From an uncultured Bacilli bacterium (GTDB lineage Bacteria; Bacillota_I; Bacilli_A; RFN20; CAG-288): a stretch of 64,000 nucleotides of DNA. Each line of letters begins with the position of its first letter. Positions within the stretch are counted from its first letter, which is position 1. The notes beneath the pieces were generated by a model. The model made no database searches, had not been told where the DNA came from, and saw nothing but the letters and a program-made list of their open reading frames with translations. Location: NCBI GenBank assembly GCA_944349335.1, contig CALVMW010000001.1, forward strand, positions 493,965 through 557,964, written 5' to 3'. Positions 29,092-40,135 of the stretch are shown here, piece by piece. The position numbers were made by a program, and so were the translations under genes.

Positions 29092-30314
29092 ATCTTCTTC
29101 ATTTGAACAGAAGCTTTAGGGAACTTAGAGATTTCCTTCAATAATTCTTTATATGATTTAAAATTCATTTTACTTGTCGATACTAATAAAGCTGTATATG
29201 GGAAATTATTAGCATATGAACGAGCAAAATTTCTAATAGTATCTTTAGGACGAGAAAGATTAGCTAAAGAACGTACATAATAATTATCGACTATTTCTGT
29301 AAATCTTTTAGAATCGATCCTCTTGCTAAGATCAGAAAAATAATCTGTTAAAAAAGAAAGTAAAGCAACACTTCTCTTTGTTTTGAAAGTTAAAAGAAGA
29401 GAAGTATCTTCTCCACCCTCTAATAACTCTGCCTTTAAAAAGTCCGCTCCTACTTTATAAACTCCTTTTTGAAACTCCTCATTTTTATTAAATAAGCAGT
29501 CACATAAAACCTCATAAGAATAAAAAAGAAGTTGACCAAAATGTTCAAAAAGTTCTTCACGACGACAAAATTTAACACCGTACATTAAAATATCGTCTTC
29601 GCCTTCAATCGTTTCAAACTCCTCTTTTACATGAGCATAATCTTCATCAAAAACTAATTCCTCACTATATGTAGGTGCATTAGAAGGAAGAGGAAGTTTC
29701 TTCACTTTTTCAATAACTTCGCTTGGTGCTAAGCTAGCTAAAATGATTAAAGTTACCCTAGGAGGAACATAATAATGAGACATAAACTTTTTTAAAGCAG
29801 TTGTATGAATCAAAACACTCTCTTTTTCATCAGGAACGTAACCATTTTTAATTGGAGAAGAAAAATAGAGATTATTTAATAATCTTCTTTTAGTTACATC
29901 ATAAGCGGTTTTAGGAAGATGAGTTACACTTTTAATTTTATCTAACTCTTCTTCATCAAAACGCATAGAAGATAATCTATTCATTAAAAGTGTCAAAGGT
30001 GTAAAAATATCATCTTTCTTTGTCACTTGAAAACAAGTATAAGAATAATCACTTGCGCTATAGCTATCTGTATCTAATTTTTTTAACTCATCTTTAAATT
30101 CATCATCCATAATCATCTTTTCAACATAGTAAGAAGTTCCAAAAGGAATTTTAGATGATAAAATCTTTGAAGAATGAAGATAACCACCTTGAGAAAGATA
30201 AACTATCGCACTTTCATTAACTCCATCATATGGAATAAAGATAACCTTAAGTCCGTTATCTAACTTCTGCTCATAAAATGGATAATTGATATGTCCATAA
30301 TCACTTTTAATCAT
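29088..30314 (-). CDS. YmfH-like M16 peptidase fold, catalytically degenerate
   Basis: LDNGLKV, T.Y.F and F..YY.P features; HXXEH replaced by YYVEK. Confidence 0.7.
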   Translation of the reverse strand: MIKSDYGHINYPFYEQKLDNGLKVIFIPYDGVNESAIVYLSQGGYLHSSKILSSKIPFGTSYYVEKMIMDDEFKDELKKLDTDSYSASDYSYTCFQVTKKDDIFTPLTLLMNRLSSMRFDEEELDKIKSVTHLPKTAYDVTKRRLLNNLYFSSPIKNGYVPDEKESVLIHTTALKKFMSHYYVPPRVTLIILASLAPSEVIEKVKKLPLPSNAPTYSEELVFDEDYAHVKEEFETIEGEDDILMYGVKFCRREELFEHFGQLLFYSYEVLCDCLFNKNEEFQKGVYKVGADFLKAELLEGGEDTSLLLTFKTKRSVALLSFLTDYFSDLSKRIDSKRFTEIVDNYYVRSLANLSRPKDTIRNFARSYANNFPYTALLVSTSKMNFKSYKELLKEISKFPKASVQMKKI

Positions 30315-31354
30315 AGTTGTTTCCTCACATAAGAGATATTTTTTATCGTAAGAGAAGACAAGAAAGCATAGATAGCTTCATTGATATTTAAAACTTCCTT
30401 ATTTTCTGTTAAAACTGCTGACTGCAATAACTCTTTTTCAAAAAGATCAATATCTTCTCCAGTAGAAATATCTCTAATATTTTTCTCTCTTAAAGCCTGC
30501 ATAATATATTCATCTTTAAACTCAAGCTTAAAAGTAGATGAAATAGGTAATTGTTTATCTAGTAAAGAAAGATTAGAAGATTGGAAAGTAAAATAAAGGA
30601 GAGTCTCTTTTTCTGAAATATATTGATAATCAAAAGCTATCTTTCGATACATTTTATCCTTCATATAATTTGAAAAAGCAAAATGAAGAACTAAATAAGA
30701 TAAGTCAGAAACATATTTATTTATATCCATGCTCATAACATCTATAACTAATAATTCATTTTGAATACTATTAGAAAAGATGTTTTTACTTTTAACTTCA
30801 TCTAATTCTATATTATTAGAAGTTTTAATATCTGGAATATTTTCACCTATATTTATCGTAATATAAGAAGTGAAATCTATATATTCTTTAGCTTTTTTTA
30901 CATCTTCTATACTGATTGAGCTTAAATCAAAAGACACTTCCCCAAAATCAAAAATAAAACGAGGATCAGTTAAAAGAGCAATCAATTTATCTGATAAACG
31001 AGATTTCAAAATCTCAAAATAATCTTTATCGCCATAAATTTCATTTTCAAAAATGTGGGCAAAAATATAGTCAGCTTCTTTATAAGGATCAGAAAAAATA
31101 AAATGTAACCTTTTAGATTCTGCTTGTTCAAGAGATAATTTAAGAAAAAATTTAGACCCTAATTTAAGAATATCAAAACTTATATTCATATCAGCTAAAG
31201 TATATAATGGTTTATCTTTTTTAGTTTTTAATCCTTTTATCAAGGCAGATAAATATAAAGATAAAATAGAATAAGAAAAATTATCTTTTAATAAATATAG
31301 ATAAGTCTTTTTTCTTTTACCATAGATAGATGTTTTATATGATAAAGAATTCAT
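30311..31354 (-). CDS. hypothetical protein, probably a highly diverged YmfF-like M16 partner
   Basis: Lies between ftsK and the ymfH-like gene; no motif recognised. Confidence 0.5.
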   Translation of the reverse strand: MNSLSYKTSIYGKRKKTYLYLLKDNFSYSILSLYLSALIKGLKTKKDKPLYTLADMNISFDILKLGSKFFLKLSLEQAESKRLHFIFSDPYKEADYIFAHIFENEIYGDKDYFEILKSRLSDKLIALLTDPRFIFDFGEVSFDLSSISIEDVKKAKEYIDFTSYITINIGENIPDIKTSNNIELDEVKSKNIFSNSIQNELLVIDVMSMDINKYVSDLSYLVLHFAFSNYMKDKMYRKIAFDYQYISEKETLLYFTFQSSNLSLLDKQLPISSTFKLEFKDEYIMQALREKNIRDISTGEDIDLFEKELLQSAVLTENKEVLNINEAIYAFLSSLTIKNISYVRKQL

Positions 31355-33655
31355 CTACATCTCCTTTCTTTGAACAACAACATTCTTGCCATTTGCTGAA
31401 GACATTATTATACCTTCTTCTTTTAAACTATTTAAGACACTTTCAGCTTCTTGATAAGAAATAGAAAAATTACGCATAATAGCTGACTTACTAGCAATAC
31501 CTGTATCCATAACATAATCTTTAATCTCATTATAAATATCAAGCTCTTCTTCTGTTTCTAAAAAATCAGGATTATAGATAGGACCACCAGCTTCCTTCTT
31601 TAAATAATCTAAAACTTCCATCATATCTTCATCAGAAATAAAAGAAGATTGAGCTCTAATCATCGATTTTTTACCCGGTATCTTAAATAATAAATCACCT
31701 TTACCTAATAAAGTCTCGGCACCATTTTCATCTAAAATAACGCGAGAATCAACCGCAGTAGAACAAGAAAGACCTATTCTACAAGCAATATTAGATTTAA
31801 TAACCATCGGAATAACATCTTTAGATGGTCTTTGTGTAGCAATAATTAAATAAATACCTGCTGCTCTAGCTTTTTGAGAAATTCTTTGAACAGCCTCAGC
31901 AACCTCATTTCCTCCAGTCTGCATCAGATCAGCAAATTCATCAATAACGCAAACAATATCTGGCATAGGAGGTAAATCTTTTTCATGTCCTCTTCTCTTC
32001 TTTCGATAATCAGCAACTTTAACGACACTATTTTGTCTTAAGATCGTATAGCGATGTTCCATTTCCTCACAAAGCTTTCTCAGTATTGTTATCGCTTCTG
32101 AAGACTCATTAACAACAGGACAAAATAAATGAGGTTCATCAGAATATCTTTCAAATTCTACTTGCTTAGGATCGATAAGAATAAGTTTTAAATCATCTGG
32201 ATAATTTCTCATGATAAGAGTCATAATAAAAGTTTGAATAAGAACAGATTTACCAGAACCAGTAGTACCTGCTACTAATAAATGTGGCATCTTATCTAAA
32301 GGATAAGAAATAATATTTCCAGATATATCTTTACCAATAGGTAATAATAAATGCTCCTCTGGGTATTTTTGCAGTTCTTCAAAACACTCCTTAAAAGAAA
32401 CAGCCATCATTGTTTTATTTCCTACTTCAATACCTGAAGTAGTCCTACCTTCAACAACCGTCTCAATTCTCACAGATTTATCACCTTTTAATGCGATCTG
32501 CAACTCATTTAAAACAGAATTTATCTTTTCACTTTTAACGCCCGGTTCCATCTGAATATTAAATCTTGTAACAGAGGCACCGACCGTAAAAGAAATAGCT
32601 TTTCCTTGAATTTTAAAGTCCTCAAAGACTTGATTTATAATCCTTGCTTTTTCTTGAGCAGCTTCATTGTTAATAATAATTTTAGATGAATCATTAACTT
32701 CAGAAAGGAATGAAGAATCAGGAAGTTTATAAGTATAAAATATGTTCTCAATAGTTGATGTCTTCTTTTCTTTCTTAAGAGAGAGTATTCTCTCTTCTTC
32801 CTTCTTTCTTTTCTCTTTTAAATAAATATCTTCTTTATCTTCACTTTCTTCTAAAGAAGCATCCTCTTTAGCTTTTAAAGCAAAATCATAAGCAGCAGAA
32901 CTGACTTTATCATCAACTAAAATAGTATTACCTTTTCTCTCATCAACCTTATATTCATTAGTCGTCTCTTCTAATTTAGCATCAACTGCTATATCTCCCT
33001 TAAAATTAATACTTCTAGGCTTACTATCTTCTTGTTTTTGATAGGGAGAAGAATAACTATTAGGCTTACTTTCTCTCTCCTTTTCTTTAGGCTTTTTAAA
33101 TGAAAGAATAAGTGATTTAATAGGAGAAAATAATAATAATCCTAAAGAAACAAATAATATAATTGAATAAACGGAAATTGAACCAGCTAAAGTCATAAAA
33201 GAAGAGAACATAGTTAAAAATAATAAACCGATTATACCTCCACCTAAAGAAGAAATAGAAGAATAATCTTCAACTAAAAAGGGCTGAGAAGAAAAAGCTA
33301 GCATCCTCGTATTATAAAATTGAATAAACTGAGAAATATCATCAATATCAGCTGCTAAAGAATAAGAAGAAATGGCTGTAATAGAAATAAATAAAAGGAT
33401 AGAGATAACTATATTAATCGGTTTGATTTTATGATTTTTTATTTTATTTATAAATAAAAGTAAAATAGCAAACAGAAAAATTAAAACTAAAATAAATGGT
33501 GATAAAAAACCAAACAAATAAGCAAAGGAATAAAAGAAAAAAGAGCCTACTGGGGGTAAAGCAATAAAAGTAATAATAACTAAAGCTAACAAAATGATAC
33601 CAAGAACAATAGTTAGAAAACGTTTTAAAGATACATTTTTAAACTTTTCAAGCAT
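31355..33655 (-). CDS. ftsK: DNA translocase FtsK/SpoIIIE
   Basis: N-terminal TMs; PHLLVAGTTGSGKS, IDPKQVE, IDEFADLM, ATQRPS and LLGKGD motifs. Confidence 0.95.
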   Translation of the reverse strand: MLEKFKNVSLKRFLTIVLGIILLALVIITFIALPPVGSFFFYSFAYLFGFLSPFILVLIFLFAILLLFINKIKNHKIKPINIVISILLFISITAISSYSLAADIDDISQFIQFYNTRMLAFSSQPFLVEDYSSISSLGGGIIGLLFLTMFSSFMTLAGSISVYSIILFVSLGLLLFSPIKSLILSFKKPKEKERESKPNSYSSPYQKQEDSKPRSINFKGDIAVDAKLEETTNEYKVDERKGNTILVDDKVSSAAYDFALKAKEDASLEESEDKEDIYLKEKRKKEEERILSLKKEKKTSTIENIFYTYKLPDSSFLSEVNDSSKIIINNEAAQEKARIINQVFEDFKIQGKAISFTVGASVTRFNIQMEPGVKSEKINSVLNELQIALKGDKSVRIETVVEGRTTSGIEVGNKTMMAVSFKECFEELQKYPEEHLLLPIGKDISGNIISYPLDKMPHLLVAGTTGSGKSVLIQTFIMTLIMRNYPDDLKLILIDPKQVEFERYSDEPHLFCPVVNESSEAITILRKLCEEMEHRYTILRQNSVVKVADYRKKRRGHEKDLPPMPDIVCVIDEFADLMQTGGNEVAEAVQRISQKARAAGIYLIIATQRPSKDVIPMVIKSNIACRIGLSCSTAVDSRVILDENGAETLLGKGDLLFKIPGKKSMIRAQSSFISDEDMMEVLDYLKKEAGGPIYNPDFLETEEELDIYNEIKDYVMDTGIASKSAIMRNFSISYQEAESVLNSLKEEGIIMSSANGKNVVVQRKEM

Positions 33656-34075
33656 ACTCCTCTTCCCTTCTAAAGAAGTATACCATAAATAAGCCTAATT
33701 TATCGCAAAAAATAAGTTTTTAACACCATTTTTTATCTTCCATATTTACAATCTTATTTTGAAAAGATATAAAACAGATTAGTCCTAATAAAAAGATAAA
33801 AAGGGAAATAATTCCACCTGTATATATATCAAATATTCGATAATCTACTTAAGGTGAAAAAAGAAGCATATGAATCTGTAAAGATAATAATTAAACTAGA
33901 GCATCTACTAAATTAATATTTCTCAAAGATTAAAAAAATCATCATCTCTTTTATGAGCTTTAATAAAATTAATAATAGAAAAAGTCATTTTATAAGTAGT
34001 ATAACAAGCAGAATAATAAATAAAAATTATAAAAAGTTATATAAGCTAAAATTTAGTTACTTCTTTAAATAATAT

Positions 34076-34110
34076 AAAAAAGGATACTTAAGTATCTAAG
34101 TATCCTTTTT
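34076..34110 (-). terminator. terminator after galT
   Basis: AAAAAGGATACTTA-N6-TAAGTATCCTTTTT. Confidence 0.85.
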
Positions 34111-34134
34111 AATAACTTATTAAAAATTAAGCTT

Positions 34135-35637
34135 TTATAATGAATTAACTTTGTTTACAAAGCGTAAGAGACCTTCCTTACCTTTCTCATCTTGCTTATA
34201 CACGCCTGCGCATTCAAGAACTTTCATGAAAGTCTTACCGATCTCAGCTTTTAACATATCCTCGATATTCTTTTCAGTAGAAATATCGTATTTATCTATG
34301 AAGTTATCTAACCACTCTTTATGTTTTAAAGTATCAGGATCAGAAGCTATATCTTTACCTTCTTTAATTAAAGTAGTCATCTTTTCAATCTCACCTTTCA
34401 AACGAGAAGGTAAAACTGCTAATCCCATAACTTCAATGAGTCCGATATTCTCTTTTTTGATATTCCAATATTCTTGATGTGGATGATAAACACCTAAAGG
34501 ATATTCTTCAGTCGTTATATTATTGCGGAGAGTTAAATCGATGATAAAAGTATCTCCTCTCTTATGTACAATAGGAGTAATAGTATTGTGGGGAGTATCA
34601 TCAGTATAAGCATAAATAAAGCTTTCCTCATCAGTATATTCACGCCAACAATTTAAAATCTTCATCGATAAAGCTATAAGTTTCTCTTTATCTATACTCT
34701 CTAAACGAATGACAGATAAAGGCCACTTTAAGAAAGAAGCTTTAACATCTTCATAACCTTTAAACTCTAACTCACAAACTTTATCAGCTCTAAACATCGG
34801 GAAGACATAAGCGCCACCTTGATAATGATCATGAGTTAAAATTGAACCACCAACAATAGGAAGATCAGCATTAGATCCTAGCATATAATGAGGGAATTTA
34901 GAGACGAAAGCAAATAGATGCTTTAAGGCAGGCTCATTAATTACCATGGGAATATGCTTTTCATTAAATACGATACAATGTTCATTATAGTAAGAATAAG
35001 GAGAATACTGGAAATAGAATTTATCGCCTTCTAAATCAAGAGGAATAATTCTTATAGTCTCTCTAGCTGGATGATTAACTCTACCGCGATAACCTTCATT
35101 TTCTACGCAAAGCATACATTTAGGGTAGCTAGATTGCTTCATAAGTTTAGCAGCAGCGATAGCTTTAGGATCTTTTTCTGGCTTAGAGAGATTGATTGTA
35201 ATATCTAAATCGCCATAAATAGTCGGACTTGTCCATTTAAGATCTTTCTTGATTCTATAGTCGCGTACATAATCAGTATTTTTAGCAAAAGCGTAATACC
35301 AATCAGTCGCTTCCTTAGGTGAATCTTCATATAAAGAATAAAACTTATCGATGACAGATTGCGGCCTAGGAGTAAAGCAATTCATAACCTTCGTGTCAAA
35401 TAAATCACGATAAACAACAGAATCATTCTCTAGAAGATTGTTGCTAGCAGCATAGTCTAAAATTTCTTTTAAAGTGCTCTCTAAGTCAACATTAACATAT
35501 TCTTCACTTGGTTCATCATATTCATCAAGATTCAAAACATCTAAAAGAAGATTGATAGAATACGCTCGTTCTTCTTCAGTAATCAACCCTTTTTCTAAAG
35601 CATAAGTTGCTAGTTTTTTGATGGTATTATAAATCAT
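34135..35637 (-). CDS. galT: galactose-1-phosphate uridylyltransferase (type II)
   Basis: TINLSKPEKDP, GSNADLPIVGGSILTHDHYQGG and KKENIGLIEVMGLA motifs. Confidence 0.95.
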   Translation of the reverse strand: MIYNTIKKLATYALEKGLITEEERAYSINLLLDVLNLDEYDEPSEEYVNVDLESTLKEILDYAASNNLLENDSVVYRDLFDTKVMNCFTPRPQSVIDKFYSLYEDSPKEATDWYYAFAKNTDYVRDYRIKKDLKWTSPTIYGDLDITINLSKPEKDPKAIAAAKLMKQSSYPKCMLCVENEGYRGRVNHPARETIRIIPLDLEGDKFYFQYSPYSYYNEHCIVFNEKHIPMVINEPALKHLFAFVSKFPHYMLGSNADLPIVGGSILTHDHYQGGAYVFPMFRADKVCELEFKGYEDVKASFLKWPLSVIRLESIDKEKLIALSMKILNCWREYTDEESFIYAYTDDTPHNTITPIVHKRGDTFIIDLTLRNNITTEEYPLGVYHPHQEYWNIKKENIGLIEVMGLAVLPSRLKGEIEKMTTLIKEGKDIASDPDTLKHKEWLDNFIDKYDISTEKNIEDMLKAEIGKTFMKVLECAGVYKQDEKGKEGLLRFVNKVNSL

Positions 35638-36800
35638 CAGAACAATCTCCTTCCACCTTCACCAACTTCTAACTCATAAATACTAGTATCTAGACCAGTA
35701 ATAGCTTTATATGATTTAGAAACGTTAGCCTTAAAAGAGGCAACATCTTCATCCTTAACGATAGAGACAGTATTTCCGCCCCAACCGCCACCGGTTTCTC
35801 TTGAACCTAAAACACCAGCTTGTTTTCTAGCTAATTCAACTAAAGTATCGATTTCAAAGCAAGTAGCATCGTAATCATATTTAAGAGAATCACCAGATTC
35901 ATTTAATAGACGACCAAAAGTAACTAAATCATCTCTCTTTAAAGCTTCGACAGCTTCTTTAGTTCTCTCTTCTTCATAAACTGCATGCTTTGCTCTTCTT
36001 AAACAGAACTCATCTTTAATAGCAGATTTATATTGTTCAAACTGAGCGACAGTAAGATGACAAAGAGCATCAACTTTAACAACAGATTGCAAATCAGCTA
36101 AAGCTTGTTCGCACTCTTTACGACGATCATTATAGTGAGAAGTAACTAATGAGTGAGGCTTATTAGAATTAGAAACAATAATCTTATAACCTTTAAGATC
36201 TAAAGGTACATATTGATAATCTAAAGTCGCACAATCTAAGAAAATAGCTTTATTCTCTTTACCCATAGCAGAAGCAAATTGATCCATGATTCCGCAATTC
36301 ATGCCGATGAAATCATTTTCTGCTCTTTGACCTGCTAAAGCAATATCGATAGGTGTGATATCAAAATCAAAATAGTCTTTTAACATCGTACCAATAACTA
36401 CTTCCATAGCAGCAGAAGAGGAAAGACCAGAACCAGGAATATTACCCCAAATATAGATATCAAAGCCGTGAGTAACCTCGAAGCCTTTTTCTTTTAATGC
36501 CCAGATGACACCTAAGGGATAATTTGTCCAACTATAGTCATGTTTTCTTAAATCATCTAATGAAGTTTCATAAACTCCACCCTTATGATAATTAGCAGAG
36601 TAAAAACGAAGTTTTCGATCATCCCTTTTTCTAACAACAGCATAATTACCATTTTTTAAGGCACAAGGGAAAACATGTCCACCATTATAATCGATGTGTT
36701 CACCGATAAGATTGACTCTTCCCGGACTCATGTATCCTCTTATTTCGCCTTCATCACCATAGATTTTGATAAATCCTTCTCTTAATTCTTCATTTGTCAT
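35637..36800 (-). CDS. galK: galactokinase
   Basis: PGRVNLIGEHIDY, GLSSSAA, CGIMDQF and GGGWGG motifs. Confidence 0.96.
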   Translation of the reverse strand: MTNEELREGFIKIYGDEGEIRGYMSPGRVNLIGEHIDYNGGHVFPCALKNGNYAVVRKRDDRKLRFYSANYHKGGVYETSLDDLRKHDYSWTNYPLGVIWALKEKGFEVTHGFDIYIWGNIPGSGLSSSAAMEVVIGTMLKDYFDFDITPIDIALAGQRAENDFIGMNCGIMDQFASAMGKENKAIFLDCATLDYQYVPLDLKGYKIIVSNSNKPHSLVTSHYNDRRKECEQALADLQSVVKVDALCHLTVAQFEQYKSAIKDEFCLRRAKHAVYEEERTKEAVEALKRDDLVTFGRLLNESGDSLKYDYDATCFEIDTLVELARKQAGVLGSRETGGGWGGNTVSIVKDEDVASFKANVSKSYKAITGLDTSIYELEVGEGGRRLF

Positions 36801-36816
36801 AGTTGAGCTCCTTTTT

Positions 36817-36830
36817 TGAATGCGCTTACT
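36817..36830. promoter_or_regulatory. cre / LacI-family operator upstream of galK
   Basis: TGAATGCGCTTACT between the promoter region and the galK RBS. Confidence 0.6.
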
Positions 36831-37391
36831 AATAAAATAATTATACCATTTTAATAATTAAAATAAATGTTTAAATCATTAAGAGATTACATGAAAAATA
36901 AAAACTAAACTAAAATAAATAAAATAAATGAAAATTAAATAATTTATATTATTTTTATAATATCAATCTTTATAAATGAATTATTTATATAAAATTAATA
37001 CTTTAAACAAAATAATCGGTTATTTTAATTCCATAAATAAAAAACATATAAATAAGTTATCTACAAACAATTTATTATATTTATTAAAGGTTTTCTTTGT
37101 AAAATAATATTATGCTTTTAGAGTATACCAACAAAAATGATTATGTTAATTACTAGTAAATAAATGAGACTTTAATGTTTTATTTAAAATGATTAAGTAT
37201 TATTTTTATAGTATAAAAAATCAATGAAAAAACAAAAAACAACATTTAAAAAATAAAACATAAAATTACTTAAATAAAAATTATTTATAGAATATCTTTT
37301 TATATTTACTATAAAAATAAAAGTTTTCAATATTTTCATTATCTATTTTTATCTAAATAGTTTAATATATATAAGTTTATAGAGGTAATTT

Positions 37392-38450
37392 ATGTTAAAG
37401 TTTATCGCAACGATAAAAAATAAAGCCAACGATACTCTTCTCGATCATCCTCACTTAAAAAATTGGTCGGTTTGGACGGGCAAGTTCATTGTTGAAATAA
37501 TCTCTGCTTTCATCTTTGCTTATGGTTTTAGAGCCTTTATCTCCCCGACTCTAAACTGTGTTCAGCACTGGGTCTCTGCTGATACAACTTATGTTCAATC
37601 TCTAATATCAGGTGGGGCCTCCGGTATTTCTCAAGCTATTATTAAATTTATAGAGATATTCCCTTCAGTCAATCTTATTGAATGGGAGAAAACCTTAATT
37701 TCTATTTTATACTTCTTGATTAACGTCCCTCTGCTTTTACTTTCTTATTTTAAAATTTCAAAACAGTTTACTATCTTTACATTAATAAATGTTGGTTTCG
37801 TTTCTTTATTTAACCAAATCATCCCTGATTCCTGGATTTATAATGTCATTAATATTTATGATGATTTGCTCGCTCGTACAATATTCGGTGGCATAACGAC
37901 TGGAATATCGTCAGGTTTAGCTGTTTTAGTAGGAACTTCTTCAGGCGGTGTTGATATTATCTCTATCTACATTTCTGAAAGAAAATCAACTAATGTAGGT
38001 AAATATTCAACTTTTGCCAACTGTATGACTGTTATTTGTTATGTGATTTTCTCTGTTATTGCTCTTACTACTAATCCTGTTTATGCAAATTCTAATCAAG
38101 ATAGCAATACTATTGTCACTACTGCTCTATACACCTTAGTTTACTTCTTTGTCTCTGGTAAAGTGATCGATGTTCTAAATACTAAGCATCGAAAAATTGA
38201 ACTACAGATATTTACTTCATCCGAAATACTGCCTCAAGTTCTTATTAGAGCATTCCCACATTCCTGTACTATTGTGGAATCAAAAGGGGCATATACTGGA
38301 AGAAAAAATACCATACTTTATATGGTGATTTCTCGCTCTGAACGTAAAAAAGCTGTTAAAATGATACGTGCAGTTGATAAACTATCTTTCATCACTGTCA
38401 TTGACCTCTATCAAGTTTACGGACGATTCTATATAAAACCGATCGAATAA
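37392..38450 (+). CDS. YitT family membrane protein (with DUF2179)
   Basis: SGGASGIS, INVPL, SSGGVDII and GAYTG motifs. Confidence 0.88.
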   Translation: MLKFIATIKNKANDTLLDHPHLKNWSVWTGKFIVEIISAFIFAYGFRAFISPTLNCVQHWVSADTTYVQSLISGGASGISQAIIKFIEIFPSVNLIEWEKTLISILYFLINVPLLLLSYFKISKQFTIFTLINVGFVSLFNQIIPDSWIYNVINIYDDLLARTIFGGITTGISSGLAVLVGTSSGGVDIISIYISERKSTNVGKYSTFANCMTVICYVIFSVIALTTNPVYANSNQDSNTIVTTALYTLVYFFVSGKVIDVLNTKHRKIELQIFTSSEILPQVLIRAFPHSCTIVESKGAYTGRKNTILYMVISRSERKKAVKMIRAVDKLSFITVIDLYQVYGRFYIKPIE

Positions 38451-38461
38451 AGGAGTATAAA

Positions 38462-40135
38462 ATGTCTACTTACAAAGATTTAGCTGAACTTATCTTCCCC
38501 GACGTCAAAAAAACTATCAAAGATTTAGAAAAACAATATCCGCCAAGAGATTTAAAAGAAGGTGCTTATGTCACACGTTTTGCTCCTTCACCTACAGGTT
38601 TTTTACATACTGGTTCACTTTTTACTGCTCTTATCGCCTATCGCTTTGCTAAACAAACTGGTGGTGTTTATTTTTTCCGTTTAGAAGATACTGATCAAAA
38701 ACGTGAAATCAAAGGAACTGGAGAAGATTTAGTAAACCAATTACAAGTTTTTGGTATCAAGTCTGATGAAGGATATATGGGTGATCATGAAGAAGGAAAT
38801 TATGGTCCTTATCAGCAATCAAAAAGAGCTGATATCTACAAAATAGTTATCAAAGAACTTCTTAAGAAAGGACGCGCATATCCTTGCTTCTGCACTAAGG
38901 AAGAGCTTGATCAATTAAGAGAAGTTCAAAATGCTAATAAAGTTATCCCAGGTTATTATGGTGAATACGCTAAATGTCGCCATTATTCTATCGATGAACA
39001 GATTGCTCTAATCAAAGAAGGAAAACCGTATGTTATCCGCTTTAAGAGCAAAGGTAATCATCTTAATCATGTCAGAGTTCATGATGAGATAAGAGGCGAT
39101 ATGGATTTAAGCGAAAATGATCAGGATATTGTAATCTTAAAATCTGATGGTTTACCTACCTATCACTTTGCTCATCTTGTAGATGACCATTTTATGAGAA
39201 CTAACCTTATCACTAGAGGTGAAGAATGGATCTCTTCTCTTCCTATCCATATCGAATTATTTGATACTATGGGATGGGCTAGACCAAAATATGCTCATCT
39301 TCCTGTCATTATGGTTAACGATGCTGAAACTAATAATCGCCGTAAACTTTCAAAAAGAAAAGATAAAGAAGCTGCAACAAGTTATTTCCTTGAGAGCGGT
39401 TATCCTATCAAAGGTTTTATTGAATATCTATTAACCATTGCTAATTCTGATTTTGAGGCATTCCTTTTAAATAACCCTAAAGCTGACATCGATACATTTA
39501 ACCTTTCATTTGAAAAATTCTCTTTAGATGGAGCTCTTTTTGACTTACCAAAACTCAATAATATTTCAAAAGAAGTCTTAGCTAATATGGATAAAAAGAC
39601 TTTTACTGACCAATGCTTAGATTATGCGAAAAAATATAATTCCGAACTTTATGAATTAATCAATAAAGATCGTGATTATTTTGAAAGTATTATCAATATT
39701 GAAAGAGAACAAGAAAAACCTCGTAAAGATTATGAGAAATTTTCTGATGTCCTTCCGAAAATTCTTTTCTTCTATCCTGACCACTATGATCAGCTTATCA
39801 AAAATGAACTTCCCTTTAATGAATTTATTAAAAAAGATGTTATTATCGAACTCTTAAAAGATATGAAAGAAAATATCTCTTTAGATACAGATGAAAACAC
39901 CTGGTTTAATAAAATGAAAGAGATCGGAAAACAACATAACTTTGCTGATGATCGCAAAGAATATAAAAAGAATCCTCAAGCTTATAATGGTTGGTATGCA
40001 GATGCTATCTCTATCTTACGTATTGCTATCTGCGCTTCCACTCAATCCCCTAAACTCTATGATGTTTTAAAAATTCTAGGTTTAGAAGAAATAAGAAGAA
40101 GGATTGATAGTGTAGTCGCTAAATTACAAGGTTGA
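38462..40135 (+). CDS. gltX: glutamate--tRNA ligase
   Basis: TRFAPSPTGFLH, RLEDTD, DGLPTYHFA, RGEEW and KLSKR motifs. Confidence 0.97.
   Translation: MSTYKDLAELIFPDVKKTIKDLEKQYPPRDLKEGAYVTRFAPSPTGFLHTGSLFTALIAYRFAKQTGGVYFFRLEDTDQKREIKGTGEDLVNQLQVFGIKSDEGYMGDHEEGNYGPYQQSKRADIYKIVIKELLKKGRAYPCFCTKEELDQLREVQNANKVIPGYYGEYAKCRHYSIDEQIALIKEGKPYVIRFKSKGNHLNHVRVHDEIRGDMDLSENDQDIVILKSDGLPTYHFAHLVDDHFMRTNLITRGEEWISSLPIHIELFDTMGWARPKYAHLPVIMVNDAETNNRRKLSKRKDKEAATSYFLESGYPIKGFIEYLLTIANSDFEAFLLNNPKADIDTFNLSFEKFSLDGALFDLPKLNNISKEVLANMDKKTFTDQCLDYAKKYNSELYELINKDRDYFESIINIEREQEKPRKDYEKFSDVLPKILFFYPDHYDQLIKNELPFNEFIKKDVIIELLKDMKENISLDTDENTWFNKMKEIGKQHNFADDRKEYKKNPQAYNGWYADAISILRIAICASTQSPKLYDVLKILGLEEIRRRIDSVVAKLQG

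Noticed and set aside
33656-34075. Possible sRNA or small gene between ftsK and galT
   Set aside because: No ORF, repeat or convincing helices beyond the galT terminator.
37124-37151. dif-like site with a TTATGTTAATT arm, and a nearby single TTATCTACA DnaA-like box
   Set aside because: Weak left arm in very AT-rich DNA; only one mismatched DnaA box; no evident change in strand bias by eye.
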